Assembly: GCA_046052125.1 (NCBI GenBank)
Contig: JBJOMY010000007.1
Coordinates: 1-64,000 of the forward strand
Direction of reading: 5' to 3'
Length of the DNA stretch: 64,000 nucleotides
DNA from: Cyanobacteriota bacterium
GTDB taxonomy: Bacteria; Cyanobacteriota; Cyanobacteriia; PCC-6307; Cyanobiaceae
Positions within the stretch are counted from its first letter, which is position 1; each line of letters starts with the position of its first letter. Positions 9,730-19,809 of this stretch are shown here, piece after piece. Position numbers and translations under genes: made by a program. Under the pieces are notes generated by a model. The model saw nothing but the letters and a program-made list of their open reading frames with translations. It did not search any database and was not told the origin of the DNA.

Positions 9730-9933
9730 ATGTCCTCTCTGCTCCTCCGAGGTGTCACACCGGCTGAAGGTCAGGTGTTGCGCCAGCTTGTCCGCGGCCT
9801 GAGCAATCGCTCGATCGCGGCTGAGCTCGTTCTGAGCCACCGCACGGTGGAAAGCCACATCTCCCGCCTGCTGGCCAAGACCGGCTGCAGAAGCCGCACT
9901 CAGCTGCTGCTCTGGGCTCTGGCCGAGCGATAA
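9730..9933 (+). CDS. Small solo LuxR/GerE-type HTH protein
   Basis: TPAE..VL..LVRGLSNRSIAAELVLSHRTVESHISRLLAK is a LuxR HTH; no receiver domain. Confidence 0.8.
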   Translation: MSSLLLRGVTPAEGQVLRQLVRGLSNRSIAAELVLSHRTVESHISRLLAKTGCRSRTQLLLWALAER

Positions 9934-9960
9934 GCTCTGCGGCGAAGGTCAAGCCTTCGT

Positions 9961-10032
9961 GCCGGCTTAGCTCAGTGGTAGAGCAGCGCTTTTGTAAAGC
10001 GAAGGCCATCGGTTCAAATCCGTTAGCCGGCT
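9961..10032 (+). tRNA. trnT: tRNA-Thr (TGT)
   Basis: GCCGGCT acceptor stem, AGCTCAGTGGTAGAGC D arm, anticodon loop TT-TGT-AA, GGTTCAAATCC T arm; CCA not encoded. Confidence 0.97.
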
Positions 10033-10420
10033 TCTCATCCCAAATCCCTTGCAGCGCAGTGCTGGCAGGGGGTTTTGCCTCTTGGCTCTCCCACTTGGAG
10101 TGACCTGGGTTGGTTTGCGGGTTGATCAATAGGTTGGTTACTGGCCAGGAAGTGCCGTTCAGCGCTTTGAAGGCCTACGCCTTCTCTCAACAGGTAGAAG
10201 GCCAACTGAGATGGCGCAGTAGAGGAGAGGCATAATCGGTGTCTACGGGCCCGTGGAAGAAATGGGTCGGCAGTCTCTCCACAGAGCATCCGAGGCGGCG
10301 TAAGAGGTGAGCGGAGGAGCCGAGAGAGGGGAGGAGCCAAAGGAGTCGTGGGAGCAGCGTGCCCAGACCGTGCCTGCAAAGCTGTAAGGGGCTTGAAGTC
10401 AGCTGTTCGCGGTGCGCCGG

Positions 10421-10742
10421 TGACGTGGACCCCAAAAACTGAACCAGCCCTTATGAGAGCTTCCCAAACGGCCAGACTTGGCCAGGAGAAGCCCCATGAA
10501 GCGCAAGCGCCACACACCCGAACAGATCATCCGCAAGCTGCGCACTGCTGAGCAGCTCCTCAATCAGGGCCAGACGGTGGCCGATGTCTGCCGTGCTCTG
10601 GAGGTATTGCCATGTAAGGCCACACAGCTCTCTGGGAGGCAGAACTCCCCATGAGGTCTACACTGAAATTGAACCCTGTTCCTCCCGTCTGGAGTTAACG
10701 ATTTCAGGTGCCTGAACCGTCCAATAAAAGGCACCCACCTCA
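10421..10742 (+). mobile_element. 322-bp chimeric, internally deleted IS3-family remnant
   Basis: Left end TGACGTGGACCCC; OrfA start MKRKRHTPEQIIRKLRTAEQLL (ATG 10496) breaks near 10606 into an OrfB C-terminus YCHVRPHSSLGGRTPHEVY; ends ...GTCCAATAAAAGGCACCCACCTCA. Confidence 0.8.
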
Positions 10743-11105
10743 AAGTGAGACCTCTCCTCATAGTCACCGCAGCAGGGACGTCACCGTTTTGGCCGCTACC
10801 GTTGCTGGTCTTTCATACGCAAACATCTTGGAACAGGCCTGAAATTTCGGCACAAATTTCGGAAGGTCCTCCCCCAACCGTCAGTGCTCGATTCCCCCCG
10901 TTAGGGGGGAATCGGTTTGGTCCTTTCTGATTTACTTGCTGGGTCAACTTGCTTCAGGGTGTGAGTAGGCCTCGACCATTTGGCTAAGCGCCTTTACCAA
11001 ACGGGCTGGGCGCCCTAGCCTCTTCCTTGAGTCCTTCTCTGATTCTTCCGAGAGTGCGTCTTCGGCTTTGGATCACTAGGCTTGGTAGCACTTTGCCTAA
11101 TGGCT

Positions 11106-14100
11106 CTAGAAAGCAACCCTGAGTCCTCCTCCATAGCCGAACTGACTGCCGTTTGATTCAAGTTCATAGCTCACCGTTAGATAGAGAGAAGCGTTCTTGG
11201 CAACTTGCAGGTCAAATCCACCAGCCACGGCAAAGGCATTGGCTCCTCCATTTTCACCTTGGGTAGTGAAAGAGCCTGCGGCTGGTGCCTCAACGAAGCT
11301 TGAAGTGAGTGCCTTGTTGCTACTGGTATTGGCTAGAGCGTCCACCTGATAGGCGACTGCGAGTCTTGGCGTGATGCTCTGCACTTTATTTTTACTCAAG
11401 GCAATCGGGCTAGTTGTGAACTCCATCCCCAGAGTTCCCACCAGACTATTGGCTGTATTGCCGTTAACACGGAGGTTTAAGGCTCCACCACCAGATTCCG
11501 TAAATCCACTCTGCTGGTAGCCACCCCAGGCTAGACCAGCAAAGGGCTTGAGCAGCATCGGCAATTTCGTTTTACCTGCTTTGATGGGGATGTCATAGGC
11601 GGCGTTGATGGCAGCGGTGTAACCGTTGGCAGAGGTATTTCCATTAATTGTTGAACCATTACCGATATAGGCGACATTCCGGCTGCCACCCATATCAAAG
11701 TTGCTGTAGCCAAGCAAAGCCTTGATGTTCCAGCGTTCAGCCGGTTTATAGACGGCATAGAGCGCACCCCCATTGACATCCGAGCTGACATTCGCCGAGG
11801 TCAGGCGCATGTCAGAAAGATTGGATGTGCCATAGCCGTAGGCAGCACCAACACTCCACTGCTTGGAAGGCTTGTACTCGAGACCATAGAAGGATGAAAA
11901 GATGCCCGAGTTATAAGAGGACAGTCCATTCTGACCTCTGATGCTGCTTGTGGCATTATTAGCCTTAGCAAAGACGCAAACTGGGCGTTTCGGGGTTTTG
12001 CCTTTCTTAGTCTCGGGGGCATTGATGATCCAGCCATTGCCTTGGCAGTTGCCAGCTTGTGAAAACAGGAGCTCTCGCTGACGTTTCAGAGTTGAAAGGC
12101 CAACAGCCTGGTAAGCGGAATACGGTTCCGGTGATAGTGAATCAATCGCCGCTGTGAGCTGACTGCCGGAAGTCAGGGCTAATAACTGGGAGGTGGCGGT
12201 CAGGAAATCACTCGTGATACTGGCTGCGGCTGCTTGCCCTGTCGTGAAGCCCGTCGTACCAATCGCCGTACCTGTGGCATTGAGACCAGTTGTAGTTCCC
12301 GATTGGTTGCCAGCCGCCGTAGCTAGGGATGAGAACACATTGTCAAAGGCACCAGCAGTGGCCAATTGGTTCCGCTGACCCTTACCTAAACTAGAAACAG
12401 CTGATGCGGTAGCCCCAGAGCCATTTTTGGGTTGCCACTGGACATCAAAGGTTGCGGCATTGCCGTCCACTTCTTGAACCAGGTTGGTACCAGAATTCAA
12501 CAGCGCACTAGTTACACCAGATTGATCCAAGGTGAGGCTGCTGCTGGTCGCAAAGTTGTTGCTAGCAGTAATGAGTTGATAATCGATGTTTGGCCAGGGA
12601 CTACCACCGCCATAGGGAATCAGCTTGGCGGTACCAGTGAAGTTGGTGACATTCCCGGTAACGCTGACTTTGTCGTTCTGGGGTCCTTGGATTTCGGCAT
12701 CAAGGGTACCGCCATTGAGGTTCAGACCAGCCACTCTGACCATGCCGATCGAATTGCCAGGGGCAAGTTTGGCACCAGAGACAAGGTTGGTTTGAGGCAG
12801 GCTGCCAGTACCGCCAATTGTTCCACCCGAATTGACCGTTAATCCAGAGGACGAAGCAATTGAGCCGTTGACAGAAAGAGTAGCACCGTCAGCAACGGTT
12901 GTTGAACCGGTGTAGGTGCTGGTGCCTAAAAGCGCGATCTTACCTCCCACGCCGCTGTTAGTGAAGTTGATATCTCCGCTGCCTCCAAAGACCCCCGATA
13001 GCGCAGCCTCGTTGCCATTTTGGTCAATGCTGTTCACCGACGCGCCTAATGATGTATACAAAGACCAATTGCTAGCGTAGGTGCCGGACGAATCGACAAC
13101 GACGGTGCCTCCAGCGAGTGTCTGCCCCCAGGGACTAGAGATTGGTGTGGTCATCCCGGAATCGAGAACCCTTGATATCAGCAGCTGAACGTTTGTGGTT
13201 CCATAATTGATGGCGTATCGGTAACCCAACGGAAGTGTTGCATCAATGGTTGCAAATACACCGGAAATGGCCTGGCCAGCAATCAATGTGTATGGATTGG
13301 TGACGTCAAACCCTTCTCCCGAGAAGGCCAGATCAAGAGTTCCTCCTAAATTAATATTCCCTGTGGCGACTATACGATCTGCGGATGAAGAGTTTACCTC
13401 GAAGCTGCTTATCGCACCGCCATCCAACGTTAAGCTTCCTAGGACATTGATCGTACCGATGGAATTTCCTGGGGCAATTTGACCTCCTGCTTGAACTGTG
13501 GTGGATGGGAGGCTGCCGGTACCGCCAATTGTTCCACCCGAATTGACCGTTAACCCAGAGGACGAAGCAATTGAGCCGTTGACAGAAAGAGTAGCGCCGT
13601 CAGCAACGGTTGTTGAACCGGTGTAGGTGCTAATCGCAGTCAACACCGCCGAACCTGCATTTGAAAAAATTATATTTCCAGCCTGGCCAGAAACCAAGTC
13701 CGAAAATGCTCCATTAAAAATGGAACTATTTCCACCCAGATTCATTCTGTTGGATGGCTCAGTCCCAAGTGACCAGTTCTGGCTGTACTGTCCAGAACTA
13801 CTTACGAGAAGCGTGCCACCCGCGAAGGCTGTTGTATTTGAGCTGGCAATGTCGGTTGTTGTCCCAGTGCCCATTCCGCGAAAAGATACAACCAAGTCCC
13901 AGTTGTTTGGCGTCGAGCTGGCAGTTAAGCTCCACCCATATGACCCGAGTGAATATTCTGTATCCTCGTTCGTAATGTTGGGTGCTCCCACGCCTGTTAG
14001 AACATTGATGTACCTATTGGCTTCCAGAACTGAGGTTGAATCTACCCCAAAAGCCATAGATCCTGACGACCAGGCCACTGCCAGCCTTCCGAAGTTCGTG

Positions 14101-15167
14101 GTTGACCGCACTACGATGTTGTACGTACCTGGCAAGGCTCCGTAATATGTCAGCGGGCTATTTCCACCCTGTAAGTTGGCCAGAGTGCTGATATTCGCGT
14201 TTTCTGTTAGGCGAATGCCATAGGTGGATCCGCTGCCACCAGTTCCGCCAAGGATTGTTCCTAGATTTGTAATTGCAGTTGTCCCGCTGCTTAGTTTGAC
14301 CCCATCCCCGCTCGATGCATATCCGTACATGTAGCCTGTCCCACCACCAGATGAGCCGCCCGTTATCGAGCCATTGAAGCCGTTGACAATTGAATTAGTA
14401 CCCCCATTCAGAGAGATGCCTGCATCGCCATTCCCGCCTCGTGAGGAATACATCATGTAGGACATATAGCCCCCATACAAATCAGCCGAATAACCTGATT
14501 GTCCGTTGGGCATGCCATTGCCGCCCATGCCACCACCGCCGCCGAAACCATTATTCCCTCCAGAGCCGCCTTGGCCTCCTGTTATCGATCCTGTGTTATT
14601 GATAACTATGGCAGAGCCAGATACGCCAGGCCCGCCATCGCCACCATTGCCACCTCCGCCTCCGTTCCCTCCATTCCCACCATTTCCGCCCGCGCCTTGG
14701 TACATATATCCGTACCCGTAGTAGCAGCCGGGATCCAAAAAATCACAAGGGTCAGGCCAAGCGCCACTGCCGCCACTTCCGCCATCCCCACCCCTGCCAC
14801 CAGTGCCGCCATAGCCTCCCATTCCTCCAATTATGGATCCAGAATTTGTGATGGTTATGTTTACTCCTGTCTGGCCAGCTCCTCCAGTGCTGCCATTCCC
14901 GCCAGTACCGCCATAACTTCCTGTACCTCCGTCACCGCCTCTGCCACCATTGAGGGAGAAAATGCCATATGCACCATTAGCACCATTGCTACCCCTGACA
15001 CCCGTTGCGCCGTTTTGTCCCGAGGCTCCAGACAATGCAGAAGTATTAATTATCTGTGCAGATGCGCTGGAATCTCCGATGATCTCCCCAGCTAGTAAAA
15101 AAAACAGCAGGAATCCGAATCTGCCTAGAAAGAGGGGCCGCAGGGACGATTGATTGGGCGCGGTCAT
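11106..15167 (-). CDS. Autotransporter (type Va) with Gly-rich passenger, passenger-associated repeats and C-terminal beta-barrel, about 1353 aa
   Basis: Signal-like N-terminus (..[13 protein letters not shown]), GGxGGxGG tracts, two [19 protein letters not shown]..(I/L)APGNSIG repeats, LSPEPY linker, amphipathic barrel ending GGGLRVAF. Start moved to ATG 15167 because the upstream in-frame extension runs into the IS. Confidence 0.88.
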   Translation of the reverse strand: MTAPNQSSLRPLFLGRFGFLLFFLLAGEIIGDSSASAQIINTSALSGASGQNGATGVRGSNGANGAYGIFSLNGGRGGDGGTGSYGGTGGNGSTGGAGQTGVNITITNSGSIIGGMGGYGGTGGRGGDGGSGGSGAWPDPCDFLDPGCYYGYGYMYQGAGGNGGNGGNGGGGGNGGDGGPGVSGSAIVINNTGSITGGQGGSGGNNGFGGGGGMGGNGMPNGQSGYSADLYGGYMSYMMYSSRGGNGDAGISLNGGTNSIVNGFNGSITGGSSGGGTGYMYGYASSGDGVKLSSGTTAITNLGTILGGTGGSGSTYGIRLTENANISTLANLQGGNSPLTYYGALPGTYNIVVRSTTNFGRLAVAWSSGSMAFGVDSTSVLEANRYINVLTGVGAPNITNEDTEYSLGSYGWSLTASSTPNNWDLVVSFRGMGTGTTTDIASSNTTAFAGGTLLVSSSGQYSQNWSLGTEPSNRMNLGGNSSIFNGAFSDLVSGQAGNIIFSNAGSAVLTAISTYTGSTTVADGATLSVNGSIASSSGLTVNSGGTIGGTGSLPSTTVQAGGQIAPGNSIGTINVLGSLTLDGGAISSFEVNSSSADRIVATGNINLGGTLDLAFSGEGFDVTNPYTLIAGQAISGVFATIDATLPLGYRYAINYGTTNVQLLISRVLDSGMTTPISSPWGQTLAGGTVVVDSSGTYASNWSLYTSLGASVNSIDQNGNEAALSGVFGGSGDINFTNSGVGGKIALLGTSTYTGSTTVADGATLSVNGSIASSSGLTVNSGGTIGGTGSLPQTNLVSGAKLAPGNSIGMVRVAGLNLNGGTLDAEIQGPQNDKVSVTGNVTNFTGTAKLIPYGGGSPWPNIDYQLITASNNFATSSSLTLDQSGVTSALLNSGTNLVQEVDGNAATFDVQWQPKNGSGATASAVSSLGKGQRNQLATAGAFDNVFSSLATAAGNQSGTTTGLNATGTAIGTTGFTTGQAAAASITSDFLTATSQLLALTSGSQLTAAIDSLSPEPYSAYQAVGLSTLKRQRELLFSQAGNCQGNGWIINAPETKKGKTPKRPVCVFAKANNATSSIRGQNGLSSYNSGIFSSFYGLEYKPSKQWSVGAAYGYGTSNLSDMRLTSANVSSDVNGGALYAVYKPAERWNIKALLGYSNFDMGGSRNVAYIGNGSTINGNTSANGYTAAINAAYDIPIKAGKTKLPMLLKPFAGLAWGGYQQSGFTESGGGALNLRVNGNTANSLVGTLGMEFTTSPIALSKNKVQSITPRLAVAYQVDALANTSSNKALTSSFVEAPAAGSFTTQGENGGANAFAVAGGFDLQVAKNASLYLTVSYELESNGSQFGYGGGLRVAF
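12799..13631. repeat. 122-bp near-identical direct repeat (12799-12920 and 13510-13631) within the autotransporter
   Basis: Manual alignment gives 119/122 identical, offset 711 bp (237 codons); both copies encode the same peptide. Confidence 0.92.
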
Positions 15168-15312
15168 TGGGAGATAAATTTCTTTTATTTTAAAGGCTTT
15201 TTCTGTCGACAAATCCGGAATAAATCTATAGGGACTTTTGACGTGGACCCCGGAGAACGATCCAGGGTGAATGAGAGTCCCCATCCGGCCAGACTGGGCC
15301 AGGTACTTCACC

Positions 15313-15591
15313 ATGAAACGCACCAGGCATACGGCGGAGCAGATCATCCGCAAGCTCAAAACTGCCGAGCAGCTGATCGCCCAGGGCAAGACCGTCGTCG
15401 ACGTCTGCCGAGTGATCGAGGTGAAGCAGCCGACGTATCACCGTTGGCGGCAGCAATACGGCGGGATGCAAGCCGAGGAGGCCAAACGGCTGACTCAGCT
15501 GGAGAAGGAGAACGCCCGGCTCAAAAGGCTTTTGGCGGAAGCCGAGTTGGAGAAGGCGATGCTCAAAGACCTTGCCGAGGGAAACTTCTGA
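15313..15591 (+). CDS. IS3 transposase OrfA (HTH plus leucine zipper)
   Basis: [41 protein letters not shown]. Confidence 0.92.
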   Translation: MKRTRHTAEQIIRKLKTAEQLIAQGKTVVDVCRVIEVKQPTYHRWRQQYGGMQAEEAKRLTQLEKENARLKRLLAEAELEKAMLKDLAEGNF

Positions 15592-16427
15592 GCCCGGAAC
15601 GCAGGCGCAGGGCCGTCACGCTCCTGCAGGAGCGTTACCGGGCATCTGAGCGGTTGGCTTGCCGTGTGGTGGGTCAACATCGCAGCACCCAGCGCCATCC
15701 GGCCAAGGTCGTCTCGATCGAGGAGGGAAAGCTGCGTCATCGTCTCCGCGAGATTGCAGCTGAGCACATTCGCTGGGGCCGGCGGATGGCCTACCGCCTC
15801 CTCAGACGAGAGGGCTGGAGCGTGAACCACAAACGGGTGCAACGGCTCTGGCGGGAGGAGGGCCTGCAGCGCCCCATCTCCAGGAAGCGCAAGCGGGCCA
15901 GGCCAGCCGACGGCTCAGTGCGGCGTCACCGGGCTGAACATCCCCACCAGGTGTGGGCCATGGATATCCAGTTCGATGCCACAGCCGACGGCCGCAGACT
16001 CAAATTCCTGAACGTGATCGACGAGCACAGCCGCCTCTGTCTGGCCATCCGCGTCGGTAGGCGCTGCAAGGCCAAGGACGTAGTAGCCGTGCTGGAAAAG
16101 CTGACCAGCATCTATCCGGCGCCGACGTTCATCCGGTCTGACAACGGGCCGGAATTCATCGCCCAGGCACTACAGAACTGGTGCGAGGCCAGCGACACCA
16201 CCAGCACGGCCTACATCGAGCCGGGATCCCCATGGGAGAACGGTTTCGCTGAGTCGTTCAACGGACGATTCCGGGATGAGTTCCTCAACACCGAGCTGTT
16301 CACCACTGCTCCCGAGGCTCAACTCCTGGCTGATCGCTGGCGCTGGGAGTACAACACATTTAGGCCGCACTCGGCGCTCCAGGGGCGTACGCCCCTGGAG
16401 GTAGCTCAACAAGGAGCTGCAGCATGA
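15579..16427 (+). CDS. IS3 transposase OrfB (DDE/rve), reached by -1 programmed frameshift
   Basis: Slippery heptamer G_GGA_AAC at 15579-15585 in the OrfA frame; the -1 frame reads [47 protein letters not shown]. Confidence 0.9.
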   Translation, partial: GKLLSPERRRRAVTLLQERYRASERLACRVVGQHRSTQRHPAKVVSIEEGKLRHRLREIAAEHIRWGRRMAYRLLRREGWSVNHKRVQRLWREEGLQRPISRKRKRARPADGSVRRHRAEHPHQVWAMDIQFDATADGRRLKFLNVIDEHSRLCLAIRVGRRCKAKDVVAVLEKLTSIYPAPTFIRSDNGPEFIAQALQNWCEASDTTSTAYIEPGSPWENGFAESFNGRFRDEFLNTELFTTAPEAQLLADRWRWEYNTFRPHSALQGRTPLEVAQQGAAA

Positions 16428-16478
16428 CCACGACCACCCACTCTCATAAGCACTGGACCGATAAAGGGGGTCACGTCA

Positions 16479-17058
16479 GGGCACTCACCAAGGTGGTGCT
16501 CGCCAGCAGCAGTCCATAAGCCACGCTGCGGCGCCAACTGTGGGCAACGGCAAACAGCGGCGTGGCTGCACGACCTGGATCAAGGGGAACCAGCCGGGCC
16601 TGCAACAGGATCGTGAATCCACCCGAAAGCAACACAGCACCGGCAAGCCGGATCAGATCAGCGACCGCTGGGGCGCCCGTGAAGGGACTGTTGGTGATCA
16701 GCAAACAGAGACTGACCACCAACAGCCAGTACACCTGCTGCAACTGCCAGCGGGCACTCACCCCCAAAGCGAAGGCAGTGAGCGCGATCACGCCGGTGGC
16801 CCTGAGCGGATCGCTCTGAGTGAGGGCGGCGGGGATCGAGAGCAGGGCCAGCCCCGCCACGCCAAGTAAGGCCTGACGCCAACCCAGGCGCACACACACC
16901 ACAAGCGCTGCGAGGCTCGCCAGGCAGAGCAGGCCAGCGGCCCTAGGAATGCCGCACTGGTGGGCGATCTGATCGGCCGCCAGCAGCGACACAATCGCTA
17001 CCGCCGCCTGAATCAAGAAACGAAGGCGCTGGTTCAGGGCTGGGGATCGCCATCTCAA
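16479..17058 (-). pseudogene. 3'-truncated integral membrane protein (FUSC-like), cut by the IS3 right end
   Basis: Multi-TM ORF ends within a hydrophobic helix and takes its stop codon from the IS end (TGA at 16473-16471). The family call is tentative. Confidence 0.65.
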
Positions 17059-17199
17059 CTGCCCATGATTTCACCAAGAGCCGGGGTGAAGGGATCCTGG
17101 AGAATCGGGCACTCCATACCGATATTGATACGCAGTTCGATCAGGCCCTGCTGCAGATGAAACAAAGAGGGGACGCATCGCGGCGCTGATCGGCCCAAT

Positions 17200-17223
17200 A
17201 AAAAAGCCCCCTTTCGGGGGCTT
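17200..17223 (-). terminator. Intrinsic terminator of psbD
   Basis: AAGCCCCC-GAAA-GGGGGCTT stem-loop followed by a U tract on the - strand. Confidence 0.88.
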
Positions 17224-17248
17224 AGCGAACACAGCTGGTGGCCAGCAA

Positions 17249-18304
17249 TCAAAGAGCGTTGCCCCGGGGCAGAACCTCTTCAGGGAAGACGAAGTTTTCG
17301 TGCGGCTGGTCAGCCGGTGCCATCCAGGCACGCAGACCTTCGTTCAGAAGAATGTTCTTCGTGTAGAAGGTCTCGAACTCGGGGTCCTCAGCAGCGCGGA
17401 TTTCCTGCGACACGAAGTCGTAGGCACGCAGGTTGAGGGCCAGGCCGATGATGCCGATGCTGCTGGTCCACAGACCCATCACCGGCACGAACAGCATGAA
17501 GAAGTGCAGCCAGCGCTTGTTGGAGAAGGCGATCCCGAAGATCTGGCTCCAGAAGCGGTTGGCGGTGACCATCGAATAGGTCTCTTCTTCCTGGGTGGGT
17601 TCGAACGCCTTGAAGGTGTTCGCCTGGTCGGAGTCTTCGAACAGGGTGTTCTCCACCGTGGCGCCGTGGATGGCGCAGAGCAGAGCACCACCGAGGATGC
17701 CGGCCACGCCCATCATGTGGAAGGGGTTCAGCGTCCAGTTGTGGAAGCCCTGCAGGAAGAGCAGGAAGCGGAAGATCGCTGCCACACCGAAGCTGGGAGC
17801 AAAGAACCAGCTGCTCTGGCCGAGGGGGTACATCAGGAAGACACTGACGAACACCGCGATCGGGCCGGAGAAGGCGATGGCGTTGTAGGGGCGAATGCCC
17901 ACCAGGCGGGCGATCTCGAACTGACGCAGCATGAAGCCGATCAGGGAGAAGGCACCGTGCAGGGCCACGAAGGTCCACAGGCCGCCGAGCTGGCACCAGC
18001 GCACGAAGTCGCCCTGTGCCTCAGGACCCCAGAGGAGCAGGAGGGAATGGCCCATGGCATCCGCCGGGCTGCTCACCGCAGCGGTGAGGAAGTTGCAGCC
18101 CTCCAGGTAGGAGCTGGCAATGCCGTGGGTGTACCAGGAAGTGACAAAGGTGGTGCCGGTCAGCCAGCCACCCAGCGCCAGGTAGGCGGTGGGGAACAGG
18201 AGCAGACCCGACCACCCGACAAAAACGAAGCGGTCGCGCTTGAGCCAGTCATCGAGGACGTCGAACCATCCCCGCTGCGGCGCGCGCCCTACAGCGATCG
18301 TCAT
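17249..18304 (-). CDS. psbD: Photosystem II D2 protein, monocistronic copy (psbD2-type)
   Basis: [26 protein letters not shown]; 351 aa; followed by a terminator rather than an overlapping psbC. Confidence 0.99.
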   Translation of the reverse strand: MTIAVGRAPQRGWFDVLDDWLKRDRFVFVGWSGLLLFPTAYLALGGWLTGTTFVTSWYTHGIASSYLEGCNFLTAAVSSPADAMGHSLLLLWGPEAQGDFVRWCQLGGLWTFVALHGAFSLIGFMLRQFEIARLVGIRPYNAIAFSGPIAVFVSVFLMYPLGQSSWFFAPSFGVAAIFRFLLFLQGFHNWTLNPFHMMGVAGILGGALLCAIHGATVENTLFEDSDQANTFKAFEPTQEEETYSMVTANRFWSQIFGIAFSNKRWLHFFMLFVPVMGLWTSSIGIIGLALNLRAYDFVSQEIRAAEDPEFETFYTKNILLNEGLRAWMAPADQPHENFVFPEEVLPRGNAL

Positions 18305-18451
18305 GAGAGCGGCTTCATGAAGCGTTACATCGCCACTGTACGGGGAACCGGGGGAGCATGGCGGGTTCCCCGACTCAATAGGTAAAAGCTCCTAGTGAGC
18401 GCCTGGACCGGCGCTAATTCGCCAAAGTGGAGCCTGGCCGAAATCCCCGAC

Positions 18452-18715
18452 GTGTTCGTTGTTGAGCTCTCCCTCAAGCTGAGCCCCATGCCCGTTGCCG
18501 TGCAGCGCAAGGAGCAGTCGGCCGCTGACGCGCTCTATCAACAGGTGAAGCAGGCCATGGAGAGCGGCCAACCTCGCCTGCTCGAGCTCACCTGCGAAAA
18601 GGAGGAGAGCAAGCGGGTGACACTGCTGACCAGCGAGGTGGTGGCCGTGCAGACCTACGAGAAATCCGCCATGGGCGGCGGCAGCAAGCGACCCGGCTTC
18701 AGCTTCGATGGCTGA
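18452..18715 (+). CDS. Conserved cyanobacterial hypothetical protein
   Basis: [33 protein letters not shown]; host-like codon use; overlaps the next gene. Confidence 0.75.
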   Translation: MFVVELSLKLSPMPVAVQRKEQSAADALYQQVKQAMESGQPRLLELTCEKEESKRVTLLTSEVVAVQTYEKSAMGGGSKRPGFSFDG

Positions 18716-19397
18716 GGCCAGCAGCCCCCGGCTCACGGTGGATCAGCTGGGCTTTGCCTGGCCCACCGGACACAGCGCTCTCAATCACTGCAGCTTCACC
18801 ATCCCCACACCGGGGCTTTGGATGCTGGTGGGTGGCAATGGCAGTGGCAAGAGCACCCTGCTGCGCCTGATTGCCGGCCTACTCAGTCCCAGTCGCGGTC
18901 GACTGTGGTGCCCGCTCAAAGCGGCCCTGGTGTTTCAAAACCCCGACCATCAGCTGTTGCTGCCGAGCTGCGGCAGCGAGATCGAGCTCGCCCTGCCCGC
19001 CACCACGCCTGCCGAGCAGCGACTGGAGCAGGTGGAGCAGGCTCTCCACCAGGTGGGGCTCTCCGGATTCCGGCAACGGCCGATCCACAGCCTGAGCGGC
19101 GGCCAGAAACAGCGCCTGGCGATCGCCGGGGCACTGGCCAGCAAGGCTCAGCTGCTCCTGCTCGATGAGCCCACGGCCCTGCTGGATGAGACCAGCCAAC
19201 TGGACGTGCTGCAGCTGATCCGCGCCCTTTGCGATCGCCCAGAGGACCCGATCACGGCGCTCTGGATCACGCACCGCCTCGAGGAACTGCGCTGGTGCAA
19301 CGGCGCTGCCCTGATGGAACGGGGGAGCGTGGGGCCCTGGCAGCGCGGCGAGGTGATGGAACGGAAGCTCAGCCCCCTTGCCGGCGGGAAGGCCTGA
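18708..19397 (+). CDS. ABC transporter ATP-binding protein (CbiO/EcfA-like)
   Basis: [35 protein letters not shown]. Confidence 0.9.
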   Translation: MAEASSPRLTVDQLGFAWPTGHSALNHCSFTIPTPGLWMLVGGNGSGKSTLLRLIAGLLSPSRGRLWCPLKAALVFQNPDHQLLLPSCGSEIELALPATTPAEQRLEQVEQALHQVGLSGFRQRPIHSLSGGQKQRLAIAGALASKAQLLLLDEPTALLDETSQLDVLQLIRALCDRPEDPITALWITHRLEELRWCNGAALMERGSVGPWQRGEVMERKLSPLAGGKA

Positions 19398-19432
19398 GGG
19401 GTAAGTTCTTCAGGCACCCGTCAGGGCCGCAT

Positions 19433-19504
<72 letters not shown>

Positions 19505-19512
19505 CTTTTTCA

Positions 19513-19538
19513 CCCCAGCCTCCCGGCTGGGGTTTTTT
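19513..19538 (+). terminator. Intrinsic terminator after tRNA-Asn
   Basis: CCCCAGCC-TCCC-GGCTGGGG then TTTTTT. Confidence 0.85.
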
Positions 19539-19809
19539 CTTGCCTCGACAAACGCAGCAATCAGGCAGCCGCTTCGCATCAATCGCCGCCAAATTGCAAC
19601 ACCACAAACGGAAGAAAACCTGTAAATCCGACTCAATGATCAGATCAAGCTGAGACGAAGAAGCCAGGCACTGCAAGCGTTCCCGGTGATTTTTCCTTCA
19701 TTGGAGCATCCGCCGAAGTTCTGCAGATCCTCAACTTTGCAGGGAGAATGTGCCCAACGTACAGCGGACTAACCCCGCAGCGTCTGCACTCCAGCCCCGG
19801 AGCCCGACC

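Larger units (their letters stand above)
15239..16478 (+). mobile_element. IS3-family insertion sequence (IS407-like), 1240 bp
   Basis: TG...CA ends; imperfect IRs TGACGTGGACCCC..TCCAGGGTGAATGAGAG and (rc) TGACGTGACCCCC..TCCAGTGCTTATGAGAG; overlapping OrfA/OrfB; no target-site duplication. Confidence 0.95.
10033..17058. mobile_element. Variable region / genomic island between tRNA-Thr and psbD
   Basis: Starts directly 3' of a tRNA; visibly lower GC; two IS3 elements, an autotransporter and a truncated gene. No integrase and no tRNA 3' duplication found; right boundary approximate. Confidence 0.75.

Noticed and set aside
10035..10420. Short ORFs and GGAGGAGCC repeats after tRNA-Thr as a possible integrase relic or CRISPR array
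   Set aside because: No tyrosine/serine recombinase motif recognised in the frames read; the repeats are short, only two, and lack regular spacers. No CRISPR array or cas gene was seen anywhere in the window.
15168..15389. 74-aa N-terminal extension of the autotransporter in the ORF track (start 15389)
   Set aside because: It runs antisense through the IS left end and OrfA; the signal-peptide-like sequence begins at ATG 15167.
15150..15578. Upstream part of the 425-aa ORF 15150..16427
   Set aside because: This is the OrfB frame before the frameshift site; it starts outside the IS and the transposase similarity begins at GKLLSP.
17055..17252. 65-aa ORF overlapping the psbD stop, in the place where psbC would start
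   Set aside because: No PsbC similarity, and it crosses the psbD terminator.
17300..18385. Long antisense ORFs opposite core genes (e.g. psbD, petB, trpB, fabH, cugP, PLD)
   Set aside because: Expected shadow ORFs in high-GC DNA with strong third-position bias; no recognisable motifs.
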